From an uncultured Chloroflexia bacterium (lineage in GTDB: Bacteria > Chloroflexota > Anaerolineae > JAAYZQ01), in NCBI GenBank assembly GCA_963783445.1, contig CAWANP010000018.1:17431-81430 (forward strand): a stretch of DNA of 64,000 nt, in the 5' to 3' direction. This document shows positions 10,555 to 20,452 of this stretch, in pieces. The translations under genes were made by a program, and so were the position numbers. The notes below the pieces were generated by a model. It did no database searches. It had not been told where the DNA came from and saw only the letters and a program-made list of their open reading frames with translations. Numbering within the stretch: the first letter of the stretch is position 1; every line of letters starts with the position of its first letter.

Positions 10555-12648
10555 ATGAACGGTTACGCAGGCAAAATCCTGAGGCTGGATTTGACCGGAC
10601 GAAAAGTCAGCGCCATACCCACCAGCGACTATGAGCACTGGGGCGGCGGACATGGTATGGGATCGGCCATCTTTTTCGATCTGGTGAAGGACAAGACCAT
10701 TGACGGGTTTGACCCCGCCAATGTCGTGACGATCATGACCTCACCCCTCTGCGGCACCCTGGTGCCGGCCGCCGGTGCTAGGACGGAGATGCAGGGGATA
10801 GGCGTACAGTCCTACCCCATCGGCTGGTTTACGCGAAGCAACTTTGGCGGTAGGTTCTCTGCCATGCTCAAGTATGCGGGCTGGGACGGGATCGTGGTTG
10901 AGGGTAAGGCAGACGAACCGGTCTGGATAGACATCCGGGATGGGGATGTGCAGATCCGGGACTGTGCGCCATGGTCGCTGTGGGGGACGGACACGTGGGA
11001 ATGCCAGCAAAGCATCTGGAGCGAGGTAGCTGGCAGCGGGGACTATGGCGACTGGTTCGAGCCGCACGCCGGCGCCACTGGCGCGACTACACAGCGGCCG
11101 GCGGTCCTGGCCACCGGCCCGGCCGGCGAGAACCTGAGCCGGGTGGCCTGTCTCGTCCACGATGCCAGCAATGCGGCAGGACAGGGCGGTTTTGGGGCTG
11201 TCTTTGGATCAAAGAACCTCAAGGCGATCAGTGTGATCGGTACCGGGCACGTGGAGGTCAACGATCCCAAAGCGCTCCTGGCCACACGGCTGTGGCACAA
11301 GGAGAATTATGCCTTTGACCTGGCCGACTTGAGGGAAACCTGGGGCACATTTCAATTCCAGAGCCCGCCAGTACCCATCATCCTGTGGGCCAAGGGTCGC
11401 CCGAAAACAGACCAAAGGCCCCAGGCCTGCCTGGGCTGCCATTCTGGCTGCCGGGCCAGATACAAGGACGCCATGGGGAACGAATCCTCCTGCATCACGA
11501 CCACCTTTTACGGGGATGCCAAGAACCTGGATATCCAGCGTGCGGCCAGCGATCTGATCAATCGTTACGGCCTCAACGCTGCGGAGATGGCCTGGGGCCT
11601 CTTTTACATCGCTGCCCTGGCTGATCAGGGCCTGTTGTGGACTGCCGGAATCCCAGACTGCCCGCTCGATTTCAAAGAGTACGGCAGCTTGGAGTTTGTT
11701 GAGCAGTTCGTGAGGATGGTCGCGTACGGAACGATGGCAAGGGCAACGAAAGCCAGTTTGGCAGAGATATCTCTGCTGGATTTGTCAGGGCGGCCGAGAA
11801 ATGGGGAAGAAGGGACAGTGGATCTGGCCAGCGGCCTCCTCGCGTTTCCCTATTGGGGCATACCTATACACAAGGAACCCAGGGCCCAGGTGTACTGGGG
11901 CTACGGCACGCTGCTGGGCGACAGGGACATCAACGAGCACGGTCTCGATTGGATCAAATCGGCAGGCGCCGAGGCCAAGAGCCGGGGCGGAGAATCCTAT
12001 GCCAGAGAACTCGTGGAAATCGTAACCGGCAAAATGGTTCCCTTTCAAGGGGACCTGGACATGCTCGATTTCAGCGAGAGCAATATCTATTCCGAGCACA
12101 TGGCCAAATTGGTCTCCTGGCAGCGGTACTATACTCGGTTCTGGAAGCAGTCCATGCTTTTCTGCGATTCCCGCTGGCCCGACTTTGTCAACGTCCACAG
12201 AGAGGATTTCGTGGGCGCCACCGGCATTGCTGAACCAAGATACGTGAAAGCCGTGACCGGCCAGGACTTTTCCTTTGAGGACGGAATTGAACTCGGCCGC
12301 AAAATCTGGAACCTGGATCATGCTATCTGGACCCTTCAGGGCCGCCACAGGGATATGGTTCATTTCGCCGACAACGTATATGAGCAGCGGCCGCTCATGC
12401 CTCTAGAGTACGAGAATACCTATTTGCCGGGCAAAGAGAACGGAAAATGGGACTACTATGGCTATTCCCATCGAACGCTGGATAGGGATAGTTTTGATCG
12501 ATTCAAAACGCGATTCTACGTCCTCCAGGGCTGGGACCCGGCCACCGGCTATCCCACCCGGGAGGCACTGGAGTCCCAGGGCCTTGGCTACGTCGCCGAC
12601 GAGCTTGAGCAGAATGGGAAACTGGGAGGTTCCTTAGCGAAGGAGTGA
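10555..12648 (+). CDS. Aldehyde:ferredoxin oxidoreductase (AOR/WOR family, W/Mo-pterin) large subunit
   Basis: MNGYAGKILRLDLT, LKYAGWDGIVVEGKADEPV, GPAGEN, GAVFGSKNLKAI, CLGCHSGC, FYVLQGWD..TGYPTRE.LE..GL; a compensated double indel is suspected at ~11730-11815. Confidence 0.9.
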   Translation: MNGYAGKILRLDLTGRKVSAIPTSDYEHWGGGHGMGSAIFFDLVKDKTIDGFDPANVVTIMTSPLCGTLVPAAGARTEMQGIGVQSYPIGWFTRSNFGGRFSAMLKYAGWDGIVVEGKADEPVWIDIRDGDVQIRDCAPWSLWGTDTWECQQSIWSEVAGSGDYGDWFEPHAGATGATTQRPAVLATGPAGENLSRVACLVHDASNAAGQGGFGAVFGSKNLKAISVIGTGHVEVNDPKALLATRLWHKENYAFDLADLRETWGTFQFQSPPVPIILWAKGRPKTDQRPQACLGCHSGCRARYKDAMGNESSCITTTFYGDAKNLDIQRAASDLINRYGLNAAEMAWGLFYIAALADQGLLWTAGIPDCPLDFKEYGSLEFVEQFVRMVAYGTMARATKASLAEISLLDLSGRPRNGEEGTVDLASGLLAFPYWGIPIHKEPRAQVYWGYGTLLGDRDINEHGLDWIKSAGAEAKSRGGESYARELVEIVTGKMVPFQGDLDMLDFSESNIYSEHMAKLVSWQRYYTRFWKQSMLFCDSRWPDFVNVHREDFVGATGIAEPRYVKAVTGQDFSFEDGIELGRKIWNLDHAIWTLQGRHRDMVHFADNVYEQRPLMPLEYENTYLPGKENGKWDYYGYSHRTLDRDSFDRFKTRFYVLQGWDPATGYPTREALESQGLGYVADELEQNGKLGGSLAKE

Positions 12649-12790
12649 CGGGCAGGCCAGTGGGACGTTCCGGATGAAAGGATTGCATGCTCATCAGGGA
12701 CCATACTACTCCGGCTGTCCAAAGAGCCGGGTAGTAGGTCGTGTTGACCGAATTGAATAGGTCATCCTGATCTTGTCGAAGGAGCATTCC

Positions 12791-14209
12791 ATGTCAGAAG
12801 CACTCAGTGTCCAGGAATACCAAAGAAAGATCACGCCCATGGAGCGTCTCTTCACGCGGTCGCCTTTCTCCACTGTCACCGTAGTCGCCTCGATTCGCGG
12901 TACGGTGACCGAGAGCATGCTGCGAAATGCCCTCTCCAAGGTACGGCTGCGGCACCCAAACCTCCGGGTCCGGATCATGGAGGACGAGAACGGCGAACCA
13001 TGGTTCACCTCGGAAGGCGCAGGCGATATCCCGGTTGAGACCGTGCCCCGTGAGTCTGATGATCATTGGGTCAAGGTCGTCCAGGACTCGTGCCAGGTCC
13101 CCTATGAGTTCGAGACGCAGCCCCCGGTGCGCTTTATCCTGGTTCAATCGCCCGAACGCTCCGATCTGGTCATCCTCTGCCATCACATCATCTGTGATGG
13201 GCTCTCCCTGGCCTATCTTGCCCGAGACTTGATGCTTCATCTTGGGGATCCGACTCGAGAGGTGGAGCTGCTACCCGATCCGGTTCCCATTGGGAGGGAC
13301 AACATTCCGCAAGGGGTTTCGCTGAACGCCGTTGTCAGGCTCTTTGTCAAGAGGATCAATAGGAAATGGGCTGCCGAAAAGGTCGCCTTTGATCAAGAGG
13401 ACTATAGGGAACTGAGCCAGGCATACTGGGCGCGCTATAGCTACCAAATGCTGACCGTTGAGCTGTCCAAGGCTCAGACCTCCGCACTGGTTGAGCGCTG
13501 CAGGCGCAAAGAGGTGACCGTCAACTCTGCCTTATCTGCCGCTTTTGTGGGCGCACAAACTGTTGTTCAAGGTGCCAAAGCCAAGCCCCATGCTTCGAGC
13601 ATCGGGGTTGCGGCTAGCCTGAGAGATCGCCTGCCAAAGCCTGCCGGAGAGGTCATGGGCTTCTATGCTGGGGTGGTGACGCCGAAATGGAAATGCGACA
13701 GCGGCCGCGGCTTCTGGGAGAATGCCTGGCGCTTTCATCGAAAGGTGCGATCCCTCTTTACCAACAAGAACCTCTTTGACGATGCGGTCACCTGGTCTTA
13801 TCTCGACCCTTCCATTCTGGAAGCCATACACTTCAAGAAGCTGGGCGGGCTGGTCCCGGAGCACGCTTCCCGGTATCAGAAGTTGTCCGCCTTCTCCACG
13901 CGAGATGACGTGGTGCTATCGATTCTCAAGCGGGACCGCATGGAATCTCTCGACAGGATCGTCATGGGGACGGCGGTAACCAACCTCGGCCGGCTGGATT
14001 TTCCTGTCAAGTACGGGGCCTTGGAACTAGAGCGCTTGATCATGAAACCAGGCGGCGCTTTCCCGCTGGCCAATGTCAACCTGGTACTGGGTGCGGCGAC
14101 CTGCGCCGGCAGGCTCAGCCTGGTCATCGAATTTGTGGAAGACAATGTCGATATGGCAACCATGAAAAGGATCAAGGAATCAGCAATGGGCTTCCTACTT
14201 GACGAATGA
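12791..14209 (+). CDS. Stand-alone condensation-domain / PapA5-like (alcohol acetyltransferase-like) acyltransferase
   Basis: HPNLRVRI, catalytic HHIICDG motif, TNLGRLD; AAGGAG RBS before ATG 12791. Confidence 0.8.
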   Translation: MSEALSVQEYQRKITPMERLFTRSPFSTVTVVASIRGTVTESMLRNALSKVRLRHPNLRVRIMEDENGEPWFTSEGAGDIPVETVPRESDDHWVKVVQDSCQVPYEFETQPPVRFILVQSPERSDLVILCHHIICDGLSLAYLARDLMLHLGDPTREVELLPDPVPIGRDNIPQGVSLNAVVRLFVKRINRKWAAEKVAFDQEDYRELSQAYWARYSYQMLTVELSKAQTSALVERCRRKEVTVNSALSAAFVGAQTVVQGAKAKPHASSIGVAASLRDRLPKPAGEVMGFYAGVVTPKWKCDSGRGFWENAWRFHRKVRSLFTNKNLFDDAVTWSYLDPSILEAIHFKKLGGLVPEHASRYQKLSAFSTRDDVVLSILKRDRMESLDRIVMGTAVTNLGRLDFPVKYGALELERLIMKPGGAFPLANVNLVLGAATCAGRLSLVIEFVEDNVDMATMKRIKESAMGFLLDE

Positions 14210-14243
14210 TAGGAACGGGCTTGAGCTAATAAAAGGAGTATGT

Positions 14244-14612
14244 ATGATAAAGTGCGATCGCTGCGGAGACCAGATCCCTGCCGGAGAAGAGACGGATCAC
14301 TATGGGCAGATCCTATGCGAGGAGTGCTACATGGCTGCTCTCTCGCCCGCCGTCGCCTGCGATCCCTGGGCGGTACGCAGTGCCCAGACGCTGGGACAAA
14401 TGGACCAAGGCTATTCGGCCCTGAGTGAAACCCAGGCCAGAATCCTGCAGATCCTGGAAGAGACTGGTGGAGCAGAGCCAACTGTGGTCGCACAGAAGCT
14501 TCAGATGACACTGCCTCAACTGGACAGGGAAATCGCAACCTTGCGCCACATGGAAAGAGTGCGGGGCCAGATGCGAGCGGGGAAGAAGATCCTCTGTTTG
14601 TGGGAGATCTGA
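14244..14612 (+). CDS. Hypothetical protein with N-terminal Cys4 zinc site and C-terminal winged-helix-like segment
   Basis: CDRC...LCEECY, ACDPWAV, LDREIATLRHMERVRG; AAGGAG RBS. Confidence 0.7.
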   Translation: MIKCDRCGDQIPAGEETDHYGQILCEECYMAALSPAVACDPWAVRSAQTLGQMDQGYSALSETQARILQILEETGGAEPTVVAQKLQMTLPQLDREIATLRHMERVRGQMRAGKKILCLWEI

Positions 14613-14613
14613 C

Positions 14614-15516
14614 TTGAAAGAGCTTGACAAGCGCCAGATCGCGGGCTGGATTGCGGTGGCATTCTCAACCGTGATCACATGCTTTTGGGCATTCTGGGGC
14701 ATCGTCGAAAACTTTCACGAGGGCTGGTACTACGAGTCCTTGCTGTCAAACCTGGGCCTGATGTTCATACAGTACCTCAGCCCGATGCTCATCTTTATGA
14801 GCGTCACGCTCATTTCGATCTCCTGGCCCCGGATTGGCGCTGGCCTCCATGGGATCCTCGCTCTGCTCGTTGCCTGGTTCTTTCAAGTATTGACCAACAC
14901 AGTCACCTTGTTTCTCATCGTGCCGCTGATAGGGCTTGGTGTGCTCTATTGGTTTGGCCGTCCCCAACCACGCAAGGCCGCCATCTTTCTGACGATTGGC
15001 TTGCCCATTCTGACCCTCGCCATATCTGGCATAGGACCTGCCCTCCGCGTGTCCCAACGTTTTGACGATGGCAATTTCCAAGCCCGATTGGTGCACGGCA
15101 ACGGGGTGGATCTTGTCTGGGCGCCAGAAGGACCCGGATGGCCACGCACAGGGGCAGACTGGTATGAAGCCCAGCGGGTGTGCCAGTACCTTGGCAAAGA
15201 TGGCCTGGCCCTTGCCCCTGAGCCACAGCATATCTGGCGATTGCCGACCGTGGATGAAGCCGTGCGTTCTATGGCTCGCCATGGGCAGAACAGCAGTGGG
15301 GTATGGGATGCAGAAACTGCCAAGACTGCCTACAAAACGACCCCCGACAAAGAGTCTCCGCTGTGGAGTGTGCATTCCCAGGTCATCTACTGGTGGACGG
15401 CGACAGAGGCAGATGAAGAACACGCCTACATCATTGTCTATGATGGAAAGGTGTGGCCGAGAGCAAAGAAATTCGGCCCGGCATACTTGGGTTTTCGATG
15501 TGTGAAACAATTGTAG
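14614..15516 (+). CDS. Membrane protein with C-terminal DUF1566 (Lcl)-like domain
   Basis: About 5 TM helices, then WYEAQRVC, WRLPTVDE, YWWTAT, GFRCVK; TTG start. Confidence 0.7.
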   Translation: MKELDKRQIAGWIAVAFSTVITCFWAFWGIVENFHEGWYYESLLSNLGLMFIQYLSPMLIFMSVTLISISWPRIGAGLHGILALLVAWFFQVLTNTVTLFLIVPLIGLGVLYWFGRPQPRKAAIFLTIGLPILTLAISGIGPALRVSQRFDDGNFQARLVHGNGVDLVWAPEGPGWPRTGADWYEAQRVCQYLGKDGLALAPEPQHIWRLPTVDEAVRSMARHGQNSSGVWDAETAKTAYKTTPDKESPLWSVHSQVIYWWTATEADEEHAYIIVYDGKVWPRAKKFGPAYLGFRCVKQL

Positions 15517-15752
15517 CTACTCAAGGGAACGCCGTTATTCATACGAAGGAACATGCTGTTGGTATTGGTGCTGGAAGAACCCCTTCGCCTGCGCGTCCTA
15601 TGGCTGTTGTTCAACCTGCGTCGCCATCTGTCCGGTTGGCGGGGTGCAGGATCACTGCCAAGGTTGTCAACGAAAGGCCGTTCCCTCTTCAGGCGCGGCC
15701 TTCTTTGCATTTCAGTGGTCAGCGCCCTGGCTGTCCGAGCGACAAGTCCGGA

Positions 15753-15781
15753 TTGACTATCTTTATATAGTATGCCATAAT
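15753..15781 (+). promoter_or_regulatory. Sigma70-type promoter of vapBC
   Basis: TTGACT-17 nt-CATAAT with TG extension. Confidence 0.6.
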
Positions 15782-15822
15782 GGGTTAAAGTAATACTTGG
15801 CAATGATCGATGGGGAGGTCGT

Positions 15823-16029
15823 ATGGAAACAGTAACAGTGTCCCCGAAATATCAGGTGGTGATTCCGAGTAGAGTCCGGGAGTTGCTCAAGGTCGAGCCT
15901 GGGCAGAAGGTTAAGGTCATCTTGTATGATAACCGGATCGAGATGATCCCTGTCAGGCCCATCAGAGAAACGAGGGGGTTCCTGGAGGGTATCGACACTG
16001 TAGTAGACAGGGAGCTTGACAGACCATGA
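15823..16029 (+). CDS. vapB: AbrB/MazE/SpoVT-family antitoxin (VapB)
   Basis: VTVSPKYQVVIP swapped-hairpin motif; ATGA overlap with the PIN toxin. Confidence 0.9.
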   Translation: METVTVSPKYQVVIPSRVRELLKVEPGQKVKVILYDNRIEMIPVRPIRETRGFLEGIDTVVDRELDRP

Positions 16030-16400
16030 ACGTGGTAGACTCGAGTGGCTGGCTAGAATACTTTGCAGATGGCCCCAACGCAGATTTCTTTGCTCCGGCC
16101 ATAGAGAAAACCTCTGATCTCATCATACCGACCCTCAGCCTGTACGAGGTATTCAAGCGAGTGCTTCAGCAGCGTGGAGAAGGAGATGCACTTCAAGCTG
16201 TCGCTGCGATGATCCAGGGAGTCGTTGTCGACTTGGATATGGATCTGGCGCTGAGCGCGGCCAAGCTGTCGGTGGAATTAAGGTTGCCCATGGCAGATAG
16301 TGTTATGCTGGCCACAGCCAGGAGTCGAAAAGCTCTCCTCTGGACACAGGATGCGGATTTTGATGGCATCGAGGGAGTGCGGTACATCGCGAGGAACTAG
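16026..16400 (+). CDS. vapC: PIN-domain toxin (VapC)
   Basis: VVDSSGWLEY, LYEV, LPMADS, LWTQDADF. Confidence 0.9.
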   Translation: MNVVDSSGWLEYFADGPNADFFAPAIEKTSDLIIPTLSLYEVFKRVLQQRGEGDALQAVAAMIQGVVVDLDMDLALSAAKLSVELRLPMADSVMLATARSRKALLWTQDADFDGIEGVRYIARN

Positions 16401-16457
16401 CCACTTACCCTCAAACTCTTTCATCATGTTCTCCCTTTTGGATATGATACCATTGCT

Positions 16458-17066
16458 ATGACGAAAGCAGCACTTACCACGATCGTGAACGTGGGCTACC
16501 GTTCAACAAATTACTGGGTGGTTAGCGCGGGCTCTTCCCGCTTGCTTGTTGACATTGGGTGGCCGGGCACCCTCGGCCTCATGAAAGCCAGTTTCAAGCG
16601 GATGGGCGTCCCCCTCCACGAGATTCGCTACGCCGTCGCCACCCACTACCACATCGACCATGCCGGCTTGGCTGAGGAGCTTAAGCGGGAAGGAGTTCCC
16701 CTCCTTGTTCTGGAGGTCCAAGTCGTTGCCATCCCGATCATGAAGACCTGGATCAAACCTGGGGACAACTACGTCGAGATTACAGGTGAGGGGAATTTCA
16801 CGATCTCTTTCCAAGAGAGCCGGAGTCTACTCAGCCAGATAGGAATTCTGGGTGAGGTCGTACACACCCCCGGTCATTCAAAAGACAGTGTGTCTCTCCT
16901 GCTTGATGAGGGTTCGGTCTTCACAGGCGATCTTCCGCCCGAGGCCCATTCCTGGGACAACCCCGTGGCCCTGGAGAGTTGGCGATTGCTTCGGGGAAAA
17001 GGAGCCACGCGAGTGTATCCGGCGCATGGCCCGATAAGGCCAATTGACTCCAGACCACCTTCGTGA
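16458..17066 (+). CDS. MBL-fold metallo-hydrolase
   Basis: THYHIDHAG, HTPGHS, FTGD, YPAHG. Confidence 0.9.
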   Translation: MTKAALTTIVNVGYRSTNYWVVSAGSSRLLVDIGWPGTLGLMKASFKRMGVPLHEIRYAVATHYHIDHAGLAEELKREGVPLLVLEVQVVAIPIMKTWIKPGDNYVEITGEGNFTISFQESRSLLSQIGILGEVVHTPGHSKDSVSLLLDEGSVFTGDLPPEAHSWDNPVALESWRLLRGKGATRVYPAHGPIRPIDSRPPS

Positions 17067-17243
17067 GCGAGCACGATTCGAAGATCGAGAGAAGGAGGGA
17101 GAGCACAAATCCAATGGTCGTGGCGATGCCTGTAGCCATGCGAGCTCGGGAATAGACTTCGGGGCCATCCAGACCCCACAATGCAGCTTCAGCAGCCATT
17201 GCCTCCTCCTCGAATGCCCGGCCCAAACAAAGCCTGCCTCCGG

Positions 17244-18101
17244 CTATCCGGCGTAGCAATACAGACACTGGTGGCAGCGCCGCCACTGGCCGTACAGGCC
17301 CACGTCGAAATAGGCAGCGCAACCACAGCCGCGCCGGCTGCCCGTCGTCGGCGCCCGCCCCGGATCCCGGCCCGGAATCCGGCTAGATAGGGCGACGAAC
17401 CAGTCGTGGTCGCCACAGACCGCGGCCTGCAGACCTGGCACTTGCCCGACCAGCCCTGATGACTCGGCGCAAGCGGCCACGCTCAGCCCAAACTCACCCG
17501 CGGCCTCGACCAACCGGGCAGCGGTCTCCAGCCGCCATGCCTCGTCGTAGCCCGGCATTCCTTCGCCCCAACCCGGCAGCACCTCCGACAGACGGGCGTC
17601 TACCCGCTTGTAGCGGCCCGGTGCTGCGACAAAGTTCAGGACGCAACGCCTGATGCCCAGCGCTGCTGCCTGGTCGGCAAGACGCTGGAAGCGGTCCAGC
17701 CGGTATACTGTGGGGATGATGGGGTCAAACCGCCATTTGACGTGGTCCGGTCCGCCGGCCAACGCGCTCAGGTCAGCCACCCCGGCAAAAGGCTCAGCGG
17801 GTGCCAGGGGCTCCCAACTACTGCCGCCCAGGCCGGTAACCGTAACCTGGGTGGCCAGGGTTGTACCCTGGCTCATGAGCCGCCGCAAAAGGGGAGCCCC
17901 CCGTGCCAGGGTGCCGGCGATGTCCTTGGTCCAGAGTTGAAGGATCCAGGGCGCGCCATAGGCCCCGGTCACGGCGCGCAGGTTGTCCCAGACCCGCTCG
18001 ATGCGCGCCGGGTCGGTGCGCCGCGTCATGTCCAGGATCGTAGCCTCGCCCACCCGCTCCAGATAGCGAGGATAGTTTTCCAGCCGAAACACAAGGCTCA
18101 T
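17244..18101 (-). CDS. DUF1848-family protein (spore-photoproduct-lyase/radical-SAM-related)
   Basis: LWTKD, QVTVTG, WRFDPII, C-terminal R.GCGC...DVG.Y...CHQCLYCYA; ATG 18101 chosen over the ORF-track start. Confidence 0.75.
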   Translation of the reverse strand: MSLVFRLENYPRYLERVGEATILDMTRRTDPARIERVWDNLRAVTGAYGAPWILQLWTKDIAGTLARGAPLLRRLMSQGTTLATQVTVTGLGGSSWEPLAPAEPFAGVADLSALAGGPDHVKWRFDPIIPTVYRLDRFQRLADQAAALGIRRCVLNFVAAPGRYKRVDARLSEVLPGWGEGMPGYDEAWRLETAARLVEAAGEFGLSVAACAESSGLVGQVPGLQAAVCGDHDWFVALSSRIPGRDPGRAPTTGSRRGCGCAAYFDVGLYGQWRRCHQCLYCYAG

Positions 18102-18208
18102 GCTGCCAGACTCCGGACTTGTTGCCACCAGATGGAATCGTTGATCCCCTCGATTGTAGCACAGGCACGTTGCGCGCGCAAAGAAGGCAGTCAGATCCGG
18201 ACCCCATT

Positions 18209-18237
18209 TTGACATGGTCCTGCTTTCGGGCTATAAT
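18209..18237 (+). promoter_or_regulatory. Consensus sigma70 promoter for the ABC-F leader
   Basis: TTGACA (18209-18214)-17 nt-TATAAT (18232-18237). Confidence 0.85.
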
Positions 18238-18291
18238 GGTGTCCGTGCCCATATGTTGCATGGGGACGCAATTCCGACAGGAGGTGAGCCG

Positions 18292-18348
18292 GTGCGCGAC
18301 AACCGATCAAGCATGATCAGCGTCTGTAGTGCATCGTGTGATCGGTAA
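18292..18348 (+). CDS. Putative leader peptide (18 aa, MRDNRSSMISVCSASCDR)
   Basis: AGGAGGTG at 18279-18286, GTG 18292, TAA 18346-18348; lies between the promoter and a terminator upstream of ABC-F. Confidence 0.55.
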   Translation: MRDNRSSMISVCSASCDR

Positions 18349-18379
18349 GGTCCTTCTCACCGTTAGTACAAACCACCAG

Positions 18380-18411
18380 CCGTGGGTGCGCTCGACGCCC
18401 ACGGTTTTTTT
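18380..18411 (+). terminator. Intrinsic terminator (attenuator) inside the ABC-F 5' leader
   Basis: CCGTGGGTG-CGCTCGA-CGCCCACGG followed by T7. Confidence 0.8.
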
Positions 18412-18476
18412 GTTGGTCGCGGCATCCTGGCCAACTGTAGGTGGGCAGTATCCCGGCGGTAGTTGGGAGCGAAAAG

Positions 18477-20133
18477 ATGCTTCAAGTCCAGCAACCTATC
18501 CAAGACCTTCGGCGACCATTTGATCTTTGAACAAGTATCCTTCACCATCAACCCTGGGGAGCGGGTGGCGCTCGTCGGGCCCAACGGTTGCGGCAAGACG
18601 ACGCTGCTCAAGGTTATCCTGGGGGAGGTCCAGCCTGATGCTGGCAGTGCCAGGCTGTCACCCGCCAGCGCGCGGGTGGGCTACCTGGCCCAGGCGCTGG
18701 AATATGAGCCCGGCCAAACGGTGGGCCAAGTGATGGTGGGTGCTATCGATGGTCTGACCGGGGCTGAACAGCGGTTGGAGTCCCTCTACGCCGAGATGGC
18801 GATGGCAAAGGGTGACGCGCTGCAGCGCTTGCTGGTCGAGTATGAACAGTACCTCGCGAATTTTGAGCGTCTGGGTGGATACACCATCCAGGCTCGCATG
18901 GATGCCGTGCTCGATGGGCTGGACCTCCGTGGATTGGACCAGGACACCCCGGTGGAGATCCTCAGCGGTGGACAAAAGACGCGGCTGGGGCTGGCCCGGC
19001 TGCTGCTGTCCAGTCCTGACTTGCTGCTCCTCGACGAGCCGACCAACCATCTGGACATCGACGCGCTGGAGTGGCTGGAGGGCTTTCTACAGCGCTACGC
19101 GGGAGCCGTACTCATCGTCTCCCACGACCGGGCTTTTTTGGACCGCACCGTGGGCGCTATCCTGGAACTGGACCCACTCAAACACACCGTCACCGAGTAT
19201 CCCGGCAACTACAGTGCCTATGCCGGCGCTAAAGAGAGGGAGTTGGCTAAGCAATGGACTGCTTATAAGGACCAGCAGGCGTACATTGCCCATCTGGAGG
19301 GTACCATCGCCGCCCGGAAGGGCTACGCCCGGTCTATTGAGTTGGGGACCATCGATTTTGCCCCGCGCAAGATTGCCAAGGGCATTGCCCGCAAGGCCAC
19401 TGTCCAGCAGCGGCGCATACAGCGCCTCCTTGACTCGGAGGAGCGGATCGACAGGCCCCAGCGATCGTGGCAGATAAAACTCGAGTTCGCAGACACCCCG
19501 GCCAGCGGCCGCGACGTGCTCTATCTTGAAGGGCTGACCATGGGCTTTGGCCGCGAGCTTCTGTTTCGGGACGTGGATCTGACCCTGCGTGCGGGCGAGC
19601 GTATCGCCCTGGTGGGTCCTAACGGATCGGGCAAGACGACGCTGGCGCGCCTGATCCTGGGCGAGCTGGCGCCGGTGGCTGGCCGCGCACGCCTGGGAGC
19701 CGGCGTCAAGCTGGGCTACTATGCCCAGGAGCAGGAGGACCTGGACCCCGAAAGCACGCCCTACGAAGCAATCCGATCCGTGGCGCCCCTGAGCCAGACC
19801 GAAGTCCGGAGTTTCCTCCATTACTTTTTGTTCAGCGGCGATGAGGCCTTTGTACCGGTGGGCCACCTGAGCTTTGGCGAACGGGCGCGTCTGGTCCTGG
19901 CCCGGTTGGTTGCCCAGGGCTGCAACTTTCTCCTGCTCGATGAGCCGATCAACCACCTGGATATCCCTTCGCGTAGCCGCTTCGAACAGGCCATGACGGC
20001 CTTTCAGGGTACGGTGCTGGCCATCGTCCACGACCGGTACTTTATCGAGCGTTTTGCCACCAGCCTGTGGTCCATGGAAGGGCAGACTATCCGTCCCTAC
20101 GGGAGTCTGGAGGATATGCGAGGGGTGCGGTAG
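18477..20133 (+). CDS. ABC-F family ATPase (ribosome-associated, probable antibiotic-resistance type)
   Basis: Two NBDs (GPNGCGKTT/LSGGQ/LDEPTNHLD and GPNGSGKTT/LSFGE/LDEPINHLD), no TM segment, long charged linker. Start ATG 18477 gives MLQV-SNLSK after removing one extra C at ~18488. Confidence 0.9.
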
Positions 20134-20452
20134 CTCCGCCGGCTCGTCAGGCCCCGGGTGGAAGGGTATGGAATGCTTCCCGGTATTGGGGATTCCCACC
20201 GAAACCGTCAAGCAGAACGCCATTCATCTGTACTAGAAGCTAGGCGTCCATCATCGCTGCCAGGCAACGGCCCTGGCCCATACGTTGGGCATCCTGCCTG
20301 CTGATTGGCCGGCCATCCCCGTTCTTGCGCAGACCGTTGTCTTCCCGATTCTATAGGCTGCCATGCCATCTTCTCCAATCTCATTTCGCACTCCCTTTAC
20401 TCACTTAGAGCGAGCCGCGCCAACAACGAATTGCCTACCCGCGCCGCCACTC

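Noticed and set aside
15550-15720. Cys-rich frame CASYGCCSTCVAICPVG upstream of vapB, resembling a decayed ferredoxin
   Set aside because: No proper CxxCxxCxxxCP spacing, no start or RBS; could be chance
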